This document shows positions 1 through 12,662 of a DNA stretch of 64,000 bases, one piece after another. The notes under the pieces are model-generated. The model did no database searches. It saw nothing but the letters and a program-made list of their open reading frames with translations, and was not told the origin of the DNA. Numbering within the stretch: the first letter of the stretch is position 1; each line of letters starts with the position of its first letter. Source of the DNA: an uncultured delta proteobacterium (lineage in GTDB: Bacteria > Myxococcota > Kuafuiibacteriia > Kuafuiibacteriales > Kuafuiibacteriaceae); assembly GCA_963803435.1 (NCBI GenBank), contig CAWDML010000008.1, positions 224,001-288,000 on the forward strand. The letters run 5' to 3'. Both the position numbers and the translations under genes were made by a program.

Positions 1-254
1 TGAGACCCCGGCGGCGCGTATCCGCGATAAGGTCCGAGGGCCGCCTCTCCCCGGCCCTCGAAGATCGGCTTGCCGTCCAGGAACAAGCGGGACGACATCA
101 GCCGGTACGCCGGCCCCAGATCCTGGTCGATCACGATGACCAGGTTGTTGGAGGGCGCGAGGGAACCGCTGAGATCAGCCCCGACCTCGTTCGCACGCGG
201 ATGCGTGCATCCACCGAGCGCAGCGCCCGCGATCAGCATGATCGAGAACCTCAT
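1..254 (-). CDS. Putative lipoprotein, partial (runs off window start)
   Basis: Manual translation from ATG at 254 (GGAGA RBS upstream): [24 protein letters not shown]..., hydrophobic signal with lipobox LGGC; open to position 1. Not in the ORF track. Confidence 0.6.
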   Translation of the reverse strand, partial: MRFSIMLIAGAALGGCTHPRANEVGADLSGSLAPSNNLVIVIDQDLGPAYRLMSSRLFLDGKPIFEGRGEAALGPYRGYAPPGS

Positions 255-343
255 TCTCCACTGTTAGGTCGGTCGTTCGGCGCGGAGGAAGCGAATGTTC
301 TCCGCGTGTCGCGTCGCCACACGCTTCATGCGAACCTAGCGCG

Positions 344-2144
<1,801 letters not shown>

Positions 2145-2173
<29 letters not shown>

Positions 2174-3725
2174 CGAAGACATCGTCCCAAATCATGCGCG
2201 GGTCGAGGTGCGTCGGCTTGACGTCGCCGGCCTTCATGCCGCTCGCCACCATCGCCCGCTCGTAGCTCCTCCATCCGCCCTCGACCGCGACCGCCTCGAT
2301 CGGGCCGAGCTGTCCCAGGTCGCGGCAGTATCGGTAGTGGTGATTCTCGAGGAGGGCGGTCTCGACCTCGCGCGCGGCGGCCGCCGGCGAGCCTCCCTCC
2401 AGGTAGAGTCGATACCGCGGCGGCGCTCCGGCGGCGGGCGCGACCAGCGCGAAGGTGAAGCCGCCCGACCGCTCGGCGGCCCGGTCGATCGCGCGGTCGA
2501 CCTCGACCGCGGTGAGCTTCTCCCCACACAGGTCGCTGATGCGATCGAGCTTGCCCACGAAGCGGAGCAGAGGTGTCCGCGCATACCAGCCGGTGCACTC
2601 GACCTCGTCGGGAAGCCGGTAGCGACAGAAGCCGTTGCCGGTGGTGATGATCGGCGCGTATCGGCTGCCGGGCCGAGCCCGCTCGATCGACAGGGGCGCG
2701 CGCTCCGGATGATCGAGATCCTCGAGCTCGAGGAAGTGGGAGCGGACCGCGGCCACGCATCCGCCCCGGACCGGGAGCGAGACCACGCCCTCGGTGGCGA
2801 GCAGGCCCTTGCCTTCGATCTCCACGCCCGGGAACCAGCGCGCCATCGCTCCGACGAAGCGGGCGGCGTGGCCGTCGGTCCAGCACGAGATCAAGCGGAG
2901 GCGCGGCCAGAGCGCGGGTCCGGTCACCTCGCCGGCCGCCAGCGCGCGCTCCAGCTCCCGGCGGCGAGCTCGATCCGGCAGCAGCGGGATCACCTCCTCG
3001 AGGCGGGCCGCGATCGTCTCCATCAGCAGCGTGAGGAAGCTCGGGTTCCACACCGAGATGAACCCGAGGTCGCGGCTCGCGATCAGGTGCTGCGCGGTCG
3101 CGAACCGCCAGGCCTCGACGCCGGCGATGCGGGCGACCGTGCCGGGGACCGCCAGCGTGCGGCGGAGCGCCCAGCGCTCGACCGGCGTGAAGTACTCGGT
3201 GTCGTCCTCGAGCCCGATCGGGGTCCCGGCGGGGGTCCGCTCGCGCTCGCGCGCCGCCGGCGACACCGACCAGTAGCTCGTCGTTCCGATCAGCCGGGGG
3301 CGGGCCGCGTACATCGAGAACAGCCATGGCCCGGTAGCGTGCGAGATCTCGGCCAGGAACGCATCGTCGAGCGGGATCAGCTTGGAACCGCCGGTCGTGC
3401 CGGACGATCGCTCGAACGCGCGGACCGGCGACGGCGACAGCACGTTCCGCTCACCCTCCGCGATGCGCTCGATCCAGGGTCTCAGCACCTCGTAGTCGAC
3501 CACCGGCACCCGGGCTTGAAAGGCCGTGAAGCTGTCGATCGATCCGAAGCGGTGCTCGCGCCCATAGGCGGTGTCGCGGTGGCGATGGAGAAAACGCGAG
3601 AGCAGCTCCGCCTGCGTGCTCCAGGGACGCTCGGCGGCGCGCCGGAACGCGCGCCACGGCCGAGCCAGCGTCGCGAGGTAGCCCGTCCCGATCGCGCTCA
3701 GGGCGAGGCGGCGGCTCCAGCCCAT
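2145..3725 (-). CDS. GH3 family acyl-acid amido synthetase-like protein
   Basis: C-terminal part of ORF 2145..4634 from ATG 3725: [39 protein letters not shown] motifs typical of GH3 proteins. Confidence 0.85.
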
Positions 3726-4486
3726 AGCCGGCGCATTCTCCTGCTCCACGCGGCCGACCACTTCGAGAGGAGCCGCGAGCCGAAGCGGAGGACCAGGCCG
3801 AGATCGACCCGTCCCAGACAGCACAGCTCGTCGCCCCTCGCGTGGCCGGGATTGCGCGCCACGAAGAAGCGGATGTCGGCGCGCTCGAGCAACCCCGCGT
3901 CGATCGGTGCCACGCCCGGCTTGAGGCGCCCCTGACACTGCTCGAAGCGAAGCACGCCCTCGTCGGGGACGTAGGCCGGTCCGTACTTGTCGGTCGATAG
4001 CAGGTGCAAGATATCCTGCTCGAACGCGGGCGTGGGCAGATCGTGGCGCGGGTAATAGCTCGCGAAGTTGCGCGCCAGGAGCAGGTACGTCTTGTAGCCC
4101 TTCGAGATCAGGTACCAGTAGACCGGCTCCAAGGGATGCGACAGCTTCACCTTCATCACGTAGCGAACGAAGGAGCTCTGGAGCGCGGTCTGTCCCCAGT
4201 ACGCGTGCTCGAGGATCGTGTCGCCGGAGAAGACCGCGACGAACCGGCGGCCCCGAATCCGCCGCCGATACACCTCGAGCGTCGAGAAGCCCTGGAGGCT
4301 CCCGTCGCCGGAGTCCACCAGCAGGATCACGTCGTCCTTCCGGGAGAGGTCGGCCTCGAACTGGGCGCGCGCGACCTCGGCGTAGTACTGCGAGAAGAGC
4401 CGCCACATCTCGTCGACGGCGGTCGGATGAAGGGCCGCGATGGACGCGACCTCGGCCCGCAGGCGCCCCGAACGGCGGAGGTTCAC
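3698..4486 (-). CDS. Conserved hypothetical protein, probable GNAT-like fold, coupled to GH3 gene
   Basis: ORF 3698..4567, probable GTG start 4486; LQGFST, FSGDTILEHAYWGQ, YWYLISKGYKTY, NPGHARGDELCC; overlaps the GH3 start by 28 nt. Confidence 0.7.
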   Translation of the reverse strand: MNLRRSGRLRAEVASIAALHPTAVDEMWRLFSQYYAEVARAQFEADLSRKDDVILLVDSGDGSLQGFSTLEVYRRRIRGRRFVAVFSGDTILEHAYWGQTALQSSFVRYVMKVKLSHPLEPVYWYLISKGYKTYLLLARNFASYYPRHDLPTPAFEQDILHLLSTDKYGPAYVPDEGVLRFEQCQGRLKPGVAPIDAGLLERADIRFFVARNPGHARGDELCCLGRVDLGLVLRFGSRLLSKWSAAWSRRMRRLWAGAAASP

Positions 4487-4581
4487 GCCCGCAATCTCGC
4501 TGGTGTAGTGTCGTGTAGGTATCAGGCGCCCGTCGTATGCGGTTGCCCTGCCTTCCGTTGTACCCACGAGAACCCGCTGCC

Positions 4582-5331
4582 ATGGAGGCGCGCGTCTTCA
4601 ACCTGGTCCTCTTCCTCGGCCTCGCGCTCCTCATCGGGCTCGAGCTGCGTTCACCCCAGTTCCGAGCCGGTTCGTTTCAAAAGAACGCGCGGGCCGTGCG
4701 CAACTGGTCGTTTCTGGGCGCCGCCGCCGGCTCGGCCTGGGCGATGCGCCTCGTCACCGCCGAGCTGGGGCGCCGGGTTCCCGGGCTCCTCACCTGGGAC
4801 CGCTTCACGGTCGCCAACGCGGCCACCTGCTTCCTCGCCGCCGAGCTGATCGGCTACCTCCTCCACTGGATCAAGCACAAGAACGCCTGGTTGTGGCGCT
4901 TCCACCTCCCGCATCACCGGGACAGCGTCTTCGACATCTGGCTGGTCTCGCACACGCACGCCCTCGAGGTCGTCGTCTCAGGCACGCTGATGAGCGCGGT
5001 CCTGATCCTGCTCGGGTTCTCGCCCCTCTCGCTGAACGTCTACTTCCTCTTCTACGCGCTCGCGAACACCTACCAGCACAGCGCGTTCGACTACTCGCTC
5101 GGCTGGCTCGATCGGATCATCATCGCGCCGTCGTATCACCGGCTCCATCACGCGGTCGGCAGCGACACCAACTTCGGCAACACGCTCACGCTGTGGGACA
5201 TCGTCTTTTCCACGGCCACCTGGCCCGCGAGCCGGCGTGCGCCCGACGTCCCGATCGGGCTGCCCGCGGGCCCCGAGCCCTACGGGTTCGCAGCGGAGAT
5301 GAGTTACTTCCTGCGCCCTCCGAGATCGTGA
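4582..5331 (+). CDS. Fatty acid hydroxylase / sterol desaturase family membrane protein
   Basis: His boxes HWIKH, HLPHH, HTH, YQHS, HRLHH and NFG..LTLWD..F; several hydrophobic segments. Confidence 0.88.
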   Translation: MEARVFNLVLFLGLALLIGLELRSPQFRAGSFQKNARAVRNWSFLGAAAGSAWAMRLVTAELGRRVPGLLTWDRFTVANAATCFLAAELIGYLLHWIKHKNAWLWRFHLPHHRDSVFDIWLVSHTHALEVVVSGTLMSAVLILLGFSPLSLNVYFLFYALANTYQHSAFDYSLGWLDRIIIAPSYHRLHHAVGSDTNFGNTLTLWDIVFSTATWPASRRAPDVPIGLPAGPEPYGFAAEMSYFLRPPRS

Positions 5332-5365
5332 CCGCGGGTGCTCCGCTCCACTATGCTCCTCGGGA

Positions 5366-6382
5366 ATGGTTCTTCGGGTGGCGGTCGACGCGATGGGCGG
5401 TGATTTTGCGCCGGAGCGCCCGGTGCACGCGGCCGTAGAAGCTGCGCGCCAGGGCGCCCCCGTGACGTTGGTCGGACACCAGCGCGAGATCGGGAAGGTC
5501 CTCGAGAACGTCGAAGGCGGCGTACCGGCCGAGCTCGAGGTGGTCCACGCCGAGGAAGCGATCGCGATGGACGAGGCACCGTCGCAGGCGGTCCGCAAGA
5601 AGCACGACGCCTCGATGCGCGTCGCGGTGCGCCTGGTCGTGGAGGGCAGGGTGGCGGCGATGCTCTCCGCGGGGAACTCGGGCGCGGTGATGGCGTCCGG
5701 CCTGATCGACGCCCGCCGCATCAAGGGCGTCCAGCGTCCCGCGATCGGGGCGGCGTTTCCCACCAAGGGCCGCCCGGCGCTCCTGATCGATCTCGGGGCC
5801 AACATCGATCCGACGCCGCTCCAGCTCGCGCAGTTCGCGCTCATGGGCGTGGCTTACGCGAAGTCGATCCTCGAGCGCGAGAATCCCAACGTCGCGGTGC
5901 TCTGCAACGGCAGCGAGGAGAAGAAGGGCAACGACCTCACGCGCGCAGCGTCAGCGATCCTCGAGCAGGCCGACGTCGACTTCGCCGGCTATATCGAGGG
6001 CAACCAGGTGTTCGACGGTGCGATCGACGTGATCGCAACCGACGGCTTCACCGGCAACATCGTCCTCAAGGCGCTCGAGGGCTTCGCGCTGACCATGCGT
6101 GCGTTCATCGAGCAGGAGATCCGCGGCAACCTGCTGGCGGAGGCCGGCGCGCTCTTGATGGGCGACATCTTCAAGCGGGTCCGCGAGAAGCTGAACTACG
6201 AGGGCGCGGGCGCGGCGCCTTTGCTCGGTCTGACGCACAGCTGCTTCATCGCGCACGGTCGCTCGACGGTGGCGGCGCTGGTCAACGCGATCCACTCCGC
6301 CAGCCGCATCGCCGCGAGCGGCCTCATCCCCGCGATCGAGGAGATCATCGGCGCGCACGAGCGGCTTTGGGCGCGTCCGTGA
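5366..6382 (+). CDS. plsX: Phosphate acyltransferase PlsX
   Basis: VAVDAMGGDFAP, SAGNSGA, DLGAN, GYIEG, TDGFTGNIVLKALEG, HGRS. Confidence 0.95.
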   Translation: MVLRVAVDAMGGDFAPERPVHAAVEAARQGAPVTLVGHQREIGKVLENVEGGVPAELEVVHAEEAIAMDEAPSQAVRKKHDASMRVAVRLVVEGRVAAMLSAGNSGAVMASGLIDARRIKGVQRPAIGAAFPTKGRPALLIDLGANIDPTPLQLAQFALMGVAYAKSILERENPNVAVLCNGSEEKKGNDLTRAASAILEQADVDFAGYIEGNQVFDGAIDVIATDGFTGNIVLKALEGFALTMRAFIEQEIRGNLLAEAGALLMGDIFKRVREKLNYEGAGAAPLLGLTHSCFIAHGRSTVAALVNAIHSASRIAASGLIPAIEEIIGAHERLWARP

Positions 6383-6448
6383 GCTGTTGGCTGGGAGTCT
6401 TCACCTGGTTTGCCCCGCGAAGGTTGTCATTCCGCGCGTGAACGACCA

Positions 6449-7168
6449 GTGTATGTGGCCGTGCGACTGTTCGAGGCTCGAACGATCCTCGAGGATCTCG
6501 CAGTCATCGCCCGCCTCAAGCGGCTCGGTGTGCGGGGGGACGCCGTTTTCCATCGTGACGACGCGGAGACCAGCCGCGGCGAGATTGAAGAGGTGACCAG
6601 CGGCGGGGCCATCCGACTGGTGGCCCTCGACAGCCTGGAGACACCGACGCTCAAGGGCGCGCATCGACGCGTGCTCCGGAACCATCTCCGCGATCTGGGC
6701 CAGGCCCGCAACGCGTTCGATCTGCTCGTGCGCGGCGAGGTGGAAGGCGGCGACGTCCCTCGCGGAGGCGTCCTCGGTCGCGTGGCCAAGCTGGTGCCGG
6801 AGGTCCTCGCCGGCCTCGAGCTCGTGAAGGGCTTCTCGGTGCTCAACGCCGTCTCGGCGGAAGAGATCAACGAGGTGGTGCAGAAGCACCGCAGTCTGGT
6901 CGCCGATTACGGAAATGTCGCGGGGGTCATCGACAGCGAGGCCGATCATCTCGGCGCGCGCCATCGGGTCCTGCCGCTCCTGGTGAAGACGCTCGCCGCA
7001 ATCCTCCAGCTCCTCGACCAACACGTGCTCTTTTGCCCCAAGCCCCTCCACGGGGAGCGGTCCTACCAGGAGTGGGTGGACGGTGTGAGCGCTGCGTCGT
7101 TGAAGGTGCATGAGGTCAAGGCGCGCCTCGACCGTCTCTCGACGACGCACGTTTGGGCTGCAGGCTGA
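6449..7168 (+). CDS. Hypothetical protein
   Basis: ORF 6410..7168 with natural composition fills the gap after plsX; start uncertain; no recognised motif. Confidence 0.6.
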   Translation: MYVAVRLFEARTILEDLAVIARLKRLGVRGDAVFHRDDAETSRGEIEEVTSGGAIRLVALDSLETPTLKGAHRRVLRNHLRDLGQARNAFDLLVRGEVEGGDVPRGGVLGRVAKLVPEVLAGLELVKGFSVLNAVSAEEINEVVQKHRSLVADYGNVAGVIDSEADHLGARHRVLPLLVKTLAAILQLLDQHVLFCPKPLHGERSYQEWVDGVSAASLKVHEVKARLDRLSTTHVWAAG

Positions 7169-7252
7169 TCGCTTTCGTGTGTTTGGGACGGTTTGGTCCG
7201 TGGCTCTTTGCCCCAGCTCAACATTCCCGGACAAAGTGCCGAAGATAGGGGC

Positions 7253-7666
7253 GTGACGCTCTTCGTTCACCGGCGATTGCTGGCCGCGCGAGAGCGTGCC
7301 GAGCATGCCTTGCTTCGCGCGGCCGGCACACGCGCCGCGCTCTTTTCTTCGATCGCAGAGATCGAACGGCAGCTCGCGCTGCCGAGCATCGCGCTCGATG
7401 GAAAGCAGCGCTCGAGCCTCGAGACCCGACTCGTCCAGCAGATGCTCGAGCTCGATCGCATCGAGCGGGACGTCTTCGGCCCCGCAGAAGAGCTCCGGCA
7501 GCTGGCGCTCGAACGGATGCGGCTCTTCGAGATCGAGTACGCGCGGGAACGCGCGCTCCATCGGGAGTCACGCCGGCGGCCGCGCCTGTGCCGTCGTTCC
7601 CGCGGCGAGCTCATGCTCGTCTCGGGGCGGCCTCGTCCCCGCCGCGGCGCGGCTCGTACTCGCTGA
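7253..7666 (+). CDS. Hypothetical helical protein
   Basis: ORF 7193..7666, probable GTG at 7253; Leu/Glu/Arg-rich, coiled-coil-like. Confidence 0.5.
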   Translation: MTLFVHRRLLAARERAEHALLRAAGTRAALFSSIAEIERQLALPSIALDGKQRSSLETRLVQQMLELDRIERDVFGPAEELRQLALERMRLFEIEYARERALHRESRRRPRLCRRSRGELMLVSGRPRPRRGAARTR

Positions 7667-8029
7667 TCAGGGCGCGATCTTTCGCCGCAGGATCGTATGC
7701 CCGATCCAGCGCAGCGTCGCGTAGAGCACCTCGCCCCCGGTTTCGCTGGAACGGAGCCGCACGGCGCCCTCGGGGAGGAAGATCGCGACCGCGCGCCCCC
7801 CGTCCTCCGACGCCGACAGCTCGACGCGTTCGATGCGGTCGTAGGCGAAGCCCACCTCGCCGGCGGTCATGCCGCGCTGGTACAGCACCGCCGCTCCGCC
7901 GGGACCCGTGAGGACCCCCTCGCGATCGCCGTGCTCGGGATGGGGCTCACCCCCCCGCACGAAGGAGACCTGGCCGCCCACCTCCAGGCGCACGATCTTT
8001 CCCTCGACGAAGTCCGCGATGGATTTCAC
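7667..8029 (-). CDS. Hypothetical protein
   Basis: 120-aa ORF whose GTG overlaps the scoB stop (GTGA). Confidence 0.65.
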   Translation of the reverse strand: MKSIADFVEGKIVRLEVGGQVSFVRGGEPHPEHGDREGVLTGPGGAAVLYQRGMTAGEVGFAYDRIERVELSASEDGGRAVAIFLPEGAVRLRSSETGGEVLYATLRWIGHTILRRKIAP

Positions 8030-8682
8030 GCGAGCATCGTCGGGATCTCGCCCTCGACGATCAAGCGCGGTTCGGTCGCCTGCTGGACCGCCTCGACGGT
8101 GACGCCGGGCGCGATCTCCTTCAGCACCAGCCCGCGCGGGCTCACCTCGATCAAGGCCAGCTCGGTGACGATCGTGTTCACGCAGGCGAGACCGGTCACC
8201 GGCAGCGAGCAGGCCTTGAGGATCTTCGGCGCGCCGTCCTTGGTGACGTGCTCCATCGCGACGATGACGCGCCGGGCGCCCGCGACCAGATCCATCGCCC
8301 CGCCCATGCCCTTCACCATCTTCCCCGGGATCATCCAGTTGGCGATGTCGCCCTTCTCCGAGACCTGGAGCGCGCCGAGCACGGTCATGTCGATGTGCCC
8401 GCCGCGCACCATCGCGAAGGAGGTGGCGCTGTCGAAGTAGCTGGTGCCGCGAACCTCGGTGACCGTCTGCTTGCCGGCGTTGATCAGATCAGGATCCTCG
8501 TCCCCGTCGAAGGGGAAGGGGCCGACGCCCATCATCCCGTTCTCGGAGTGGAGCACCACCTCCATCGCCGGGGGGATGTGGTTCGCCGTCAGCGTCGGAA
8601 GCCCGATGCCGAGGTTGATGAACATGCCGTCGCGGAACTCCCGCGCGACCCGCATCGCGATCTCCTCGCGTTCGAGTGCCAT
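8026..8682 (-). CDS. scoB: 3-oxoacid CoA-transferase subunit B
   Basis: [14 protein letters not shown] (catalytic Glu), [15 protein letters not shown]; ATG at 8682. Confidence 0.93.
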   Translation of the reverse strand: MALEREEIAMRVAREFRDGMFINLGIGLPTLTANHIPPAMEVVLHSENGMMGVGPFPFDGDEDPDLINAGKQTVTEVRGTSYFDSATSFAMVRGGHIDMTVLGALQVSEKGDIANWMIPGKMVKGMGGAMDLVAGARRVIVAMEHVTKDGAPKILKACSLPVTGLACVNTIVTELALIEVSPRGLVLKEIAPGVTVEAVQQATEPRLIVEGEIPTMLA

Positions 8683-8693
8683 CCTTGTCCTCC

Positions 8694-9392
8694 TCAGGGT
8701 CGCGGGCGCACGGTCCGCTTCTCGATCCATTTCTGATAGCCAGCGCCCTGCACCACGCGCTGTACGAAGACGCCCGGGACGTGGATCGCGTCGGGCGGGA
8801 GCTCGCCGAGCTCGACGATGTGCTCGGCCTCCACGACGGTGATCCGACCGGCCATGCACATCATCGGGCTGAAGTTGCGGGCCGTCTTGCGAAAGATGCA
8901 GTTCCCCCAGCGGTCGGCCTGGTACGCCCGCACGATCGCGTAGTCCGCCAGCAGCGGCGCCTCGAGCACGTACGTCTTGCCGCCGATCTCGCGGGTCTCC
9001 TTACCTTGGGCGGCCTGCGTGCCCACGCCGGTGGGGGTGAAGAAGCCGCCGATGCCGGCACCGCCTGCGCGGATGCGCTCGGCCAGCGTCCCTTGCGGTA
9101 CCAGCTCGACCTCGAGCTCGCCGCTCAGGAACTGCCGCTCGAACTCCTTGTTCTCGCCGACGTAGCTCGACACCATCTTGCGGATCTGCCGGCTCTTGAG
9201 CAGGATCCCCAGCCCGAAGTCGTCGGTTCCGCAGTTGTTGGAGACGACCGTCAGGCCCTTGGTCCCCTTGGCGCGGATGGCCTGGATGAGGTTCTCCGGA
9301 TTGCCGCAGAGGCCGAATCCGCCCGACATGACGACCGCACCGTCCTTCATGTCCGCGATCGCGGCCGCTGCGCTCGGAAAGACCTTGTCCAT
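8694..9392 (-). CDS. scoA: 3-oxoacid CoA-transferase subunit A
   Basis: [37 protein letters not shown]. Confidence 0.93.
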   Translation of the reverse strand: MDKVFPSAAAAIADMKDGAVVMSGGFGLCGNPENLIQAIRAKGTKGLTVVSNNCGTDDFGLGILLKSRQIRKMVSSYVGENKEFERQFLSGELEVELVPQGTLAERIRAGGAGIGGFFTPTGVGTQAAQGKETREIGGKTYVLEAPLLADYAIVRAYQADRWGNCIFRKTARNFSPMMCMAGRITVVEAEHIVELGELPPDAIHVPGVFVQRVVQGAGYQKWIEKRTVRPRP

Positions 9393-9469
9393 GGGCCGGG
9401 CCTACCTTCCCCTCGCCGTCAGAGTCAACCGGACTTGCCAGCAGGAATCGGCCGGGTGAAGGTCGCGCT

Positions 9470-9814
9470 GTGAGCGAGAACCGCCGCGAGCCGCGGTTGC
9501 CCGTCGAGGTGAAGGTCGACTATCGCACCGTCGGAAGCTTCATCACCGACTACTCGAAGAACATCTCGAAGGGCGGCGTCTTCATCAATACCTCTCTGCC
9601 GCTGCCGGTGGGGGAGCGGGTCCGGCTGCGCCTGACGCTCCCCGACGGCGACGCCCCGTTCGCGCTCGACGGGATCGTCAAGTGGGTCTCCACCCTCCGC
9701 GATCGCGAGAAGCATCCGGCCGGAATGGGCATCGAGTTCGTCGACTTCGACGACGAGGTCAAGACCAAGCTCGAGTCCCTCGTCGGCGCGTTCGGCGGCG
9801 CGGACATCGGCTAG
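9470..9814 (+). CDS. Stand-alone PilZ-type domain protein (Myxococcus TIGR02266-like)
   Basis: RREPR (RxxxR), NISKGGVFI, PAGMGIEF. Confidence 0.9.
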   Translation: MSENRREPRLPVEVKVDYRTVGSFITDYSKNISKGGVFINTSLPLPVGERVRLRLTLPDGDAPFALDGIVKWVSTLRDREKHPAGMGIEFVDFDDEVKTKLESLVGAFGGADIG

Positions 9815-9823
9815 CGTCGTCGC

Positions 9824-10924
9824 GTGATCCTCAGGACCGAAAGCCAGCTTGCGGCAGGCGGTGACGCGATCGCGCGCGCCCCCGACGGGCGGGTGGTGTT
9901 CGTCGAGGGGGCCGCTCCTTCCGAGGAGGTCCGCGTGGAGATCACGCGCGACAATCCCCGCTTCCTGCGGGCGGCGGTCGTCGAGGTCTTGACGCCGAGC
10001 GCCGAGCGCGTGCCGCCGCGGTGCCGGCACTTCGCCGTGGAGTGCGGTGGGTGCACGCTCCAGCACGTGACCCATGCAAGCCAGGTTGCCAGCAAGCAGG
10101 CCGCGCTGCTGGAGACGCTCCGCAGGATCGGGCACCTCGACACGGCGCACCTCCGGATCGACACGCCCTGGAGCGGGAGCCCGTACGGGTATCGGACGCG
10201 GGCCCGCTTCTCGGTGCGGGACGGCAAGGCGGGCTACCAGCGCAGGCGGAGCCACGAGGTCTTTGCTGCGACGGAGTGTCCCATCCTGGCGCCGCCTCTC
10301 GAAGCGCTCCTGCTCGGCGGCACGCGTTCGGCCGGCGACGTCTCGGTGGCCACCGACGGCGTTCGCGCGCTCGAGGGCGCCGAGGTCGTCGAGGTGGCCT
10401 CTCCGTTCGGCCCGATCCTGGTGGAGCCGGCGGTCTTCGGCCAGGCCAACGAGGCCGGCAACCTGGCGATGCTGGCGCACGTCGACGTTCTGCTCTCGGA
10501 GGAGGGCCGTCTTGCCTCGGTCCTGGAGCTGTACGGCGGGAGCGGGAACTTCACCCGCGTGCTGGCCCGCCACGCCGATCGGGTCACCATGGTCGAAGCC
10601 ACGCCCCGGGCGGTGGCGCTGGCGCGGCGGATCCTCCCGGAGGTCGAGCTGGTCGAGGCCGCCGCCGAGGACGCGCCGGACGGCCCGTTCGATCTGGTCC
10701 TGAGCGATCCGCCCCGGGCCGGGATGTCCGCGCCCGCGCTCTCCCGCGCCGCCGGCGCCGCCGGCCGGGCCCTGATCTACGTGAGCTGCGACCCGGCCAC
10801 TTTCGCCCGCGATGCGGCCCGCCTCGCCGAACGAAGCCTTGCCCTCGACGCGATTCGCCTCTTTGATCTCTACCCTCAGACCGCTCATTGCGAGGTGATC
10901 GGTCGCTTCCGGAGGCCCCGATGA
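9824..10924 (+). CDS. TRAM-domain RNA (uracil-5)-methyltransferase, RlmD/TrmA family
   Basis: CRHF..CGGC..QH Fe-S motif, ELYGGSG, DPPRAG, YVSCDPATFARD, DLYPQTAHCE. Confidence 0.9.
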   Translation: MILRTESQLAAGGDAIARAPDGRVVFVEGAAPSEEVRVEITRDNPRFLRAAVVEVLTPSAERVPPRCRHFAVECGGCTLQHVTHASQVASKQAALLETLRRIGHLDTAHLRIDTPWSGSPYGYRTRARFSVRDGKAGYQRRRSHEVFAATECPILAPPLEALLLGGTRSAGDVSVATDGVRALEGAEVVEVASPFGPILVEPAVFGQANEAGNLAMLAHVDVLLSEEGRLASVLELYGGSGNFTRVLARHADRVTMVEATPRAVALARRILPEVELVEAAAEDAPDGPFDLVLSDPPRAGMSAPALSRAAGAAGRALIYVSCDPATFARDAARLAERSLALDAIRLFDLYPQTAHCEVIGRFRRPR

Positions 10925-12336
10925 TCACGAGACACACGCTTCGCTACAAATACTCAGGCGAGTTCCGCGAGCTCCTCTCGCCGAACGACGGCAAGACGAT
11001 CGCCGAGGTGGAGATCGCCGGCCCGGAGATCGCCCTGGGGGCGCTCGCCACGCTCGACGACGCACGGCGCTCGGAGTACGGAGCGATGCCCGGGTACCGC
11101 CGCGCCGAGATCCTTGGCGAGGTCGCCCGGAAGATCCGGAGCCGCGCCGAGGAGCTGGCGGTCCTGATCGCGTCCGAGGGCGGCAAGCCGCTGAAGGACG
11201 CGCGCGTCGAGGTCGCGCGGGCCGCCAACACCACGCAGCTCTGCGCCGAGGAGGCCACCCGGATCGCCGGCGAGGCGATCGCCATGGACGGGAGCACCGC
11301 CGGCGCCGGTCGGACGGCGTTCGTCACCCGCGAGCCGATCGGGCTGGTCATGGCGATCAGCGCCTTCAACCACCCGCTCAACCTGATCGCGCACCAGGTC
11401 GGTCCGGCCCTCGCCGCCGGATGTCCGGTGCTGGTGAAACCGGCCTCCACGACGCCGCTTTCGGCCATCCTCTACGTCGACATGTGCATCGAGGCTGGCC
11501 TGCCCGAGAATGCCGCGATCGTGTTGCCGATGTCCGGACGGACGGCCGAGCAGGCCGCCTGCGATCAGCGGGTGCGGTTCATCTCCTTCATCGGGAGCGC
11601 GGCGGTCGGCTGGGGCCTGCGGCGCAAGATCGCCGATGGCACGCGCATCGCGCTCGAGCACGGCGGGACCGCGCCCGTGATCGTCGAGCCCGACGCGGAT
11701 CTCGACGACGCGCTCCCCAGGCTGGTGAAGGGCGGCTTCTATCACGCCGGGCAGGTCTGCGTTTCGGTGCAGCGGATCTACGCGCACCAGTCGATCGCGC
11801 CAGCGCTCGCGGAGCGCCTCAGCGAGGCCGCCAAGAAGCTGGTGGTGGGCGACGCCCGCGACGACACCACCGACGTGGGACCGATCATCACCACCGAGGA
11901 GCTGGCGCGCGTCGCGTCCTGGATCGACGCGGCGAAGGCCGAGGGCGCGCGCCTCCTGTGCGGCGGCGCCCGGACGCTCCACCAGCACTACCAGCCGACG
12001 GTCGCCTACGCGCCCAAGGAGTCGAGCCTGATCGTGAAGGAGGAGGTGTTCGGACCCGTCGTCGACGTGCTGCCGTACGCCACCTTCGACGAGGCGATCG
12101 CGCGCGCCAACGCCGGCCAGCATGCGTTCCAGTCCTCGATCTTCACGCGCGACGTATCACGTGCGCTGGCCGCGTCGAAGGCCCTCGACGCCACCGCCGT
12201 CATGGTCAACGACCACACCGCGTTCCGTGTCGACTGGATGCCCTTCGGCGGGCGCAAGCACAGCGGGCTCGGCCTGGGCGGCGTGAAGTATTCGATCCAC
12301 GAGATGACCGAGCCCAAGCTGATCGTGATGCGGTAA
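10921..12336 (+). CDS. Aldehyde dehydrogenase family protein
   Basis: FNHPLN, KPA, FIGS, LEHGG, GQVCVS, EEVFGP, MPFGGRKHSG. Confidence 0.93.
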   Translation: MITRHTLRYKYSGEFRELLSPNDGKTIAEVEIAGPEIALGALATLDDARRSEYGAMPGYRRAEILGEVARKIRSRAEELAVLIASEGGKPLKDARVEVARAANTTQLCAEEATRIAGEAIAMDGSTAGAGRTAFVTREPIGLVMAISAFNHPLNLIAHQVGPALAAGCPVLVKPASTTPLSAILYVDMCIEAGLPENAAIVLPMSGRTAEQAACDQRVRFISFIGSAAVGWGLRRKIADGTRIALEHGGTAPVIVEPDADLDDALPRLVKGGFYHAGQVCVSVQRIYAHQSIAPALAERLSEAAKKLVVGDARDDTTDVGPIITTEELARVASWIDAAKAEGARLLCGGARTLHQHYQPTVAYAPKESSLIVKEEVFGPVVDVLPYATFDEAIARANAGQHAFQSSIFTRDVSRALAASKALDATAVMVNDHTAFRVDWMPFGGRKHSGLGLGGVKYSIHEMTEPKLIVMR

Positions 12337-12341
12337 GACCG

Positions 12342-12584
12342 CTACTCCTTGACCTTCAGCTTGTCCTTGTTCTCCTCGATGAAGGCGCGGATGTCCTCCG
12401 CCATGTCGAGCAGCTTCGTCCACTGCTCTTGGTAGAGCGTCACCGGAAACCGCCCCAGGCCGTACACGGAGACGCCGCCCTTCTCGCTCACCTTGATCGA
12501 TACGCTCCGGCCGGAGCGCTTCTTGAGCTTCTCGTTCTCTTCGCGGAGCCGCTTGAGCTCTGCCTCCATGTCTTCGTTGCTCAT
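12342..12584 (-). CDS. Small conserved hypothetical protein (80 aa)
   Basis: MSNEDMEAELKRLREENEKLK...SEKGGVSVYGLGRFPVTLYQEQW; C-terminal part of ORF 12342..13118. Confidence 0.8.
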   Translation of the reverse strand: MSNEDMEAELKRLREENEKLKKRSGRSVSIKVSEKGGVSVYGLGRFPVTLYQEQWTKLLDMAEDIRAFIEENKDKLKVKE

Positions 12585-12662
12585 GGGCGAAGCGTCGTTT
12601 GCGCCCTGGCGGCCGTCAAGGCTTGACCAGTGCGATCCGCGGGGTACAGTGGCCGTCCGACG

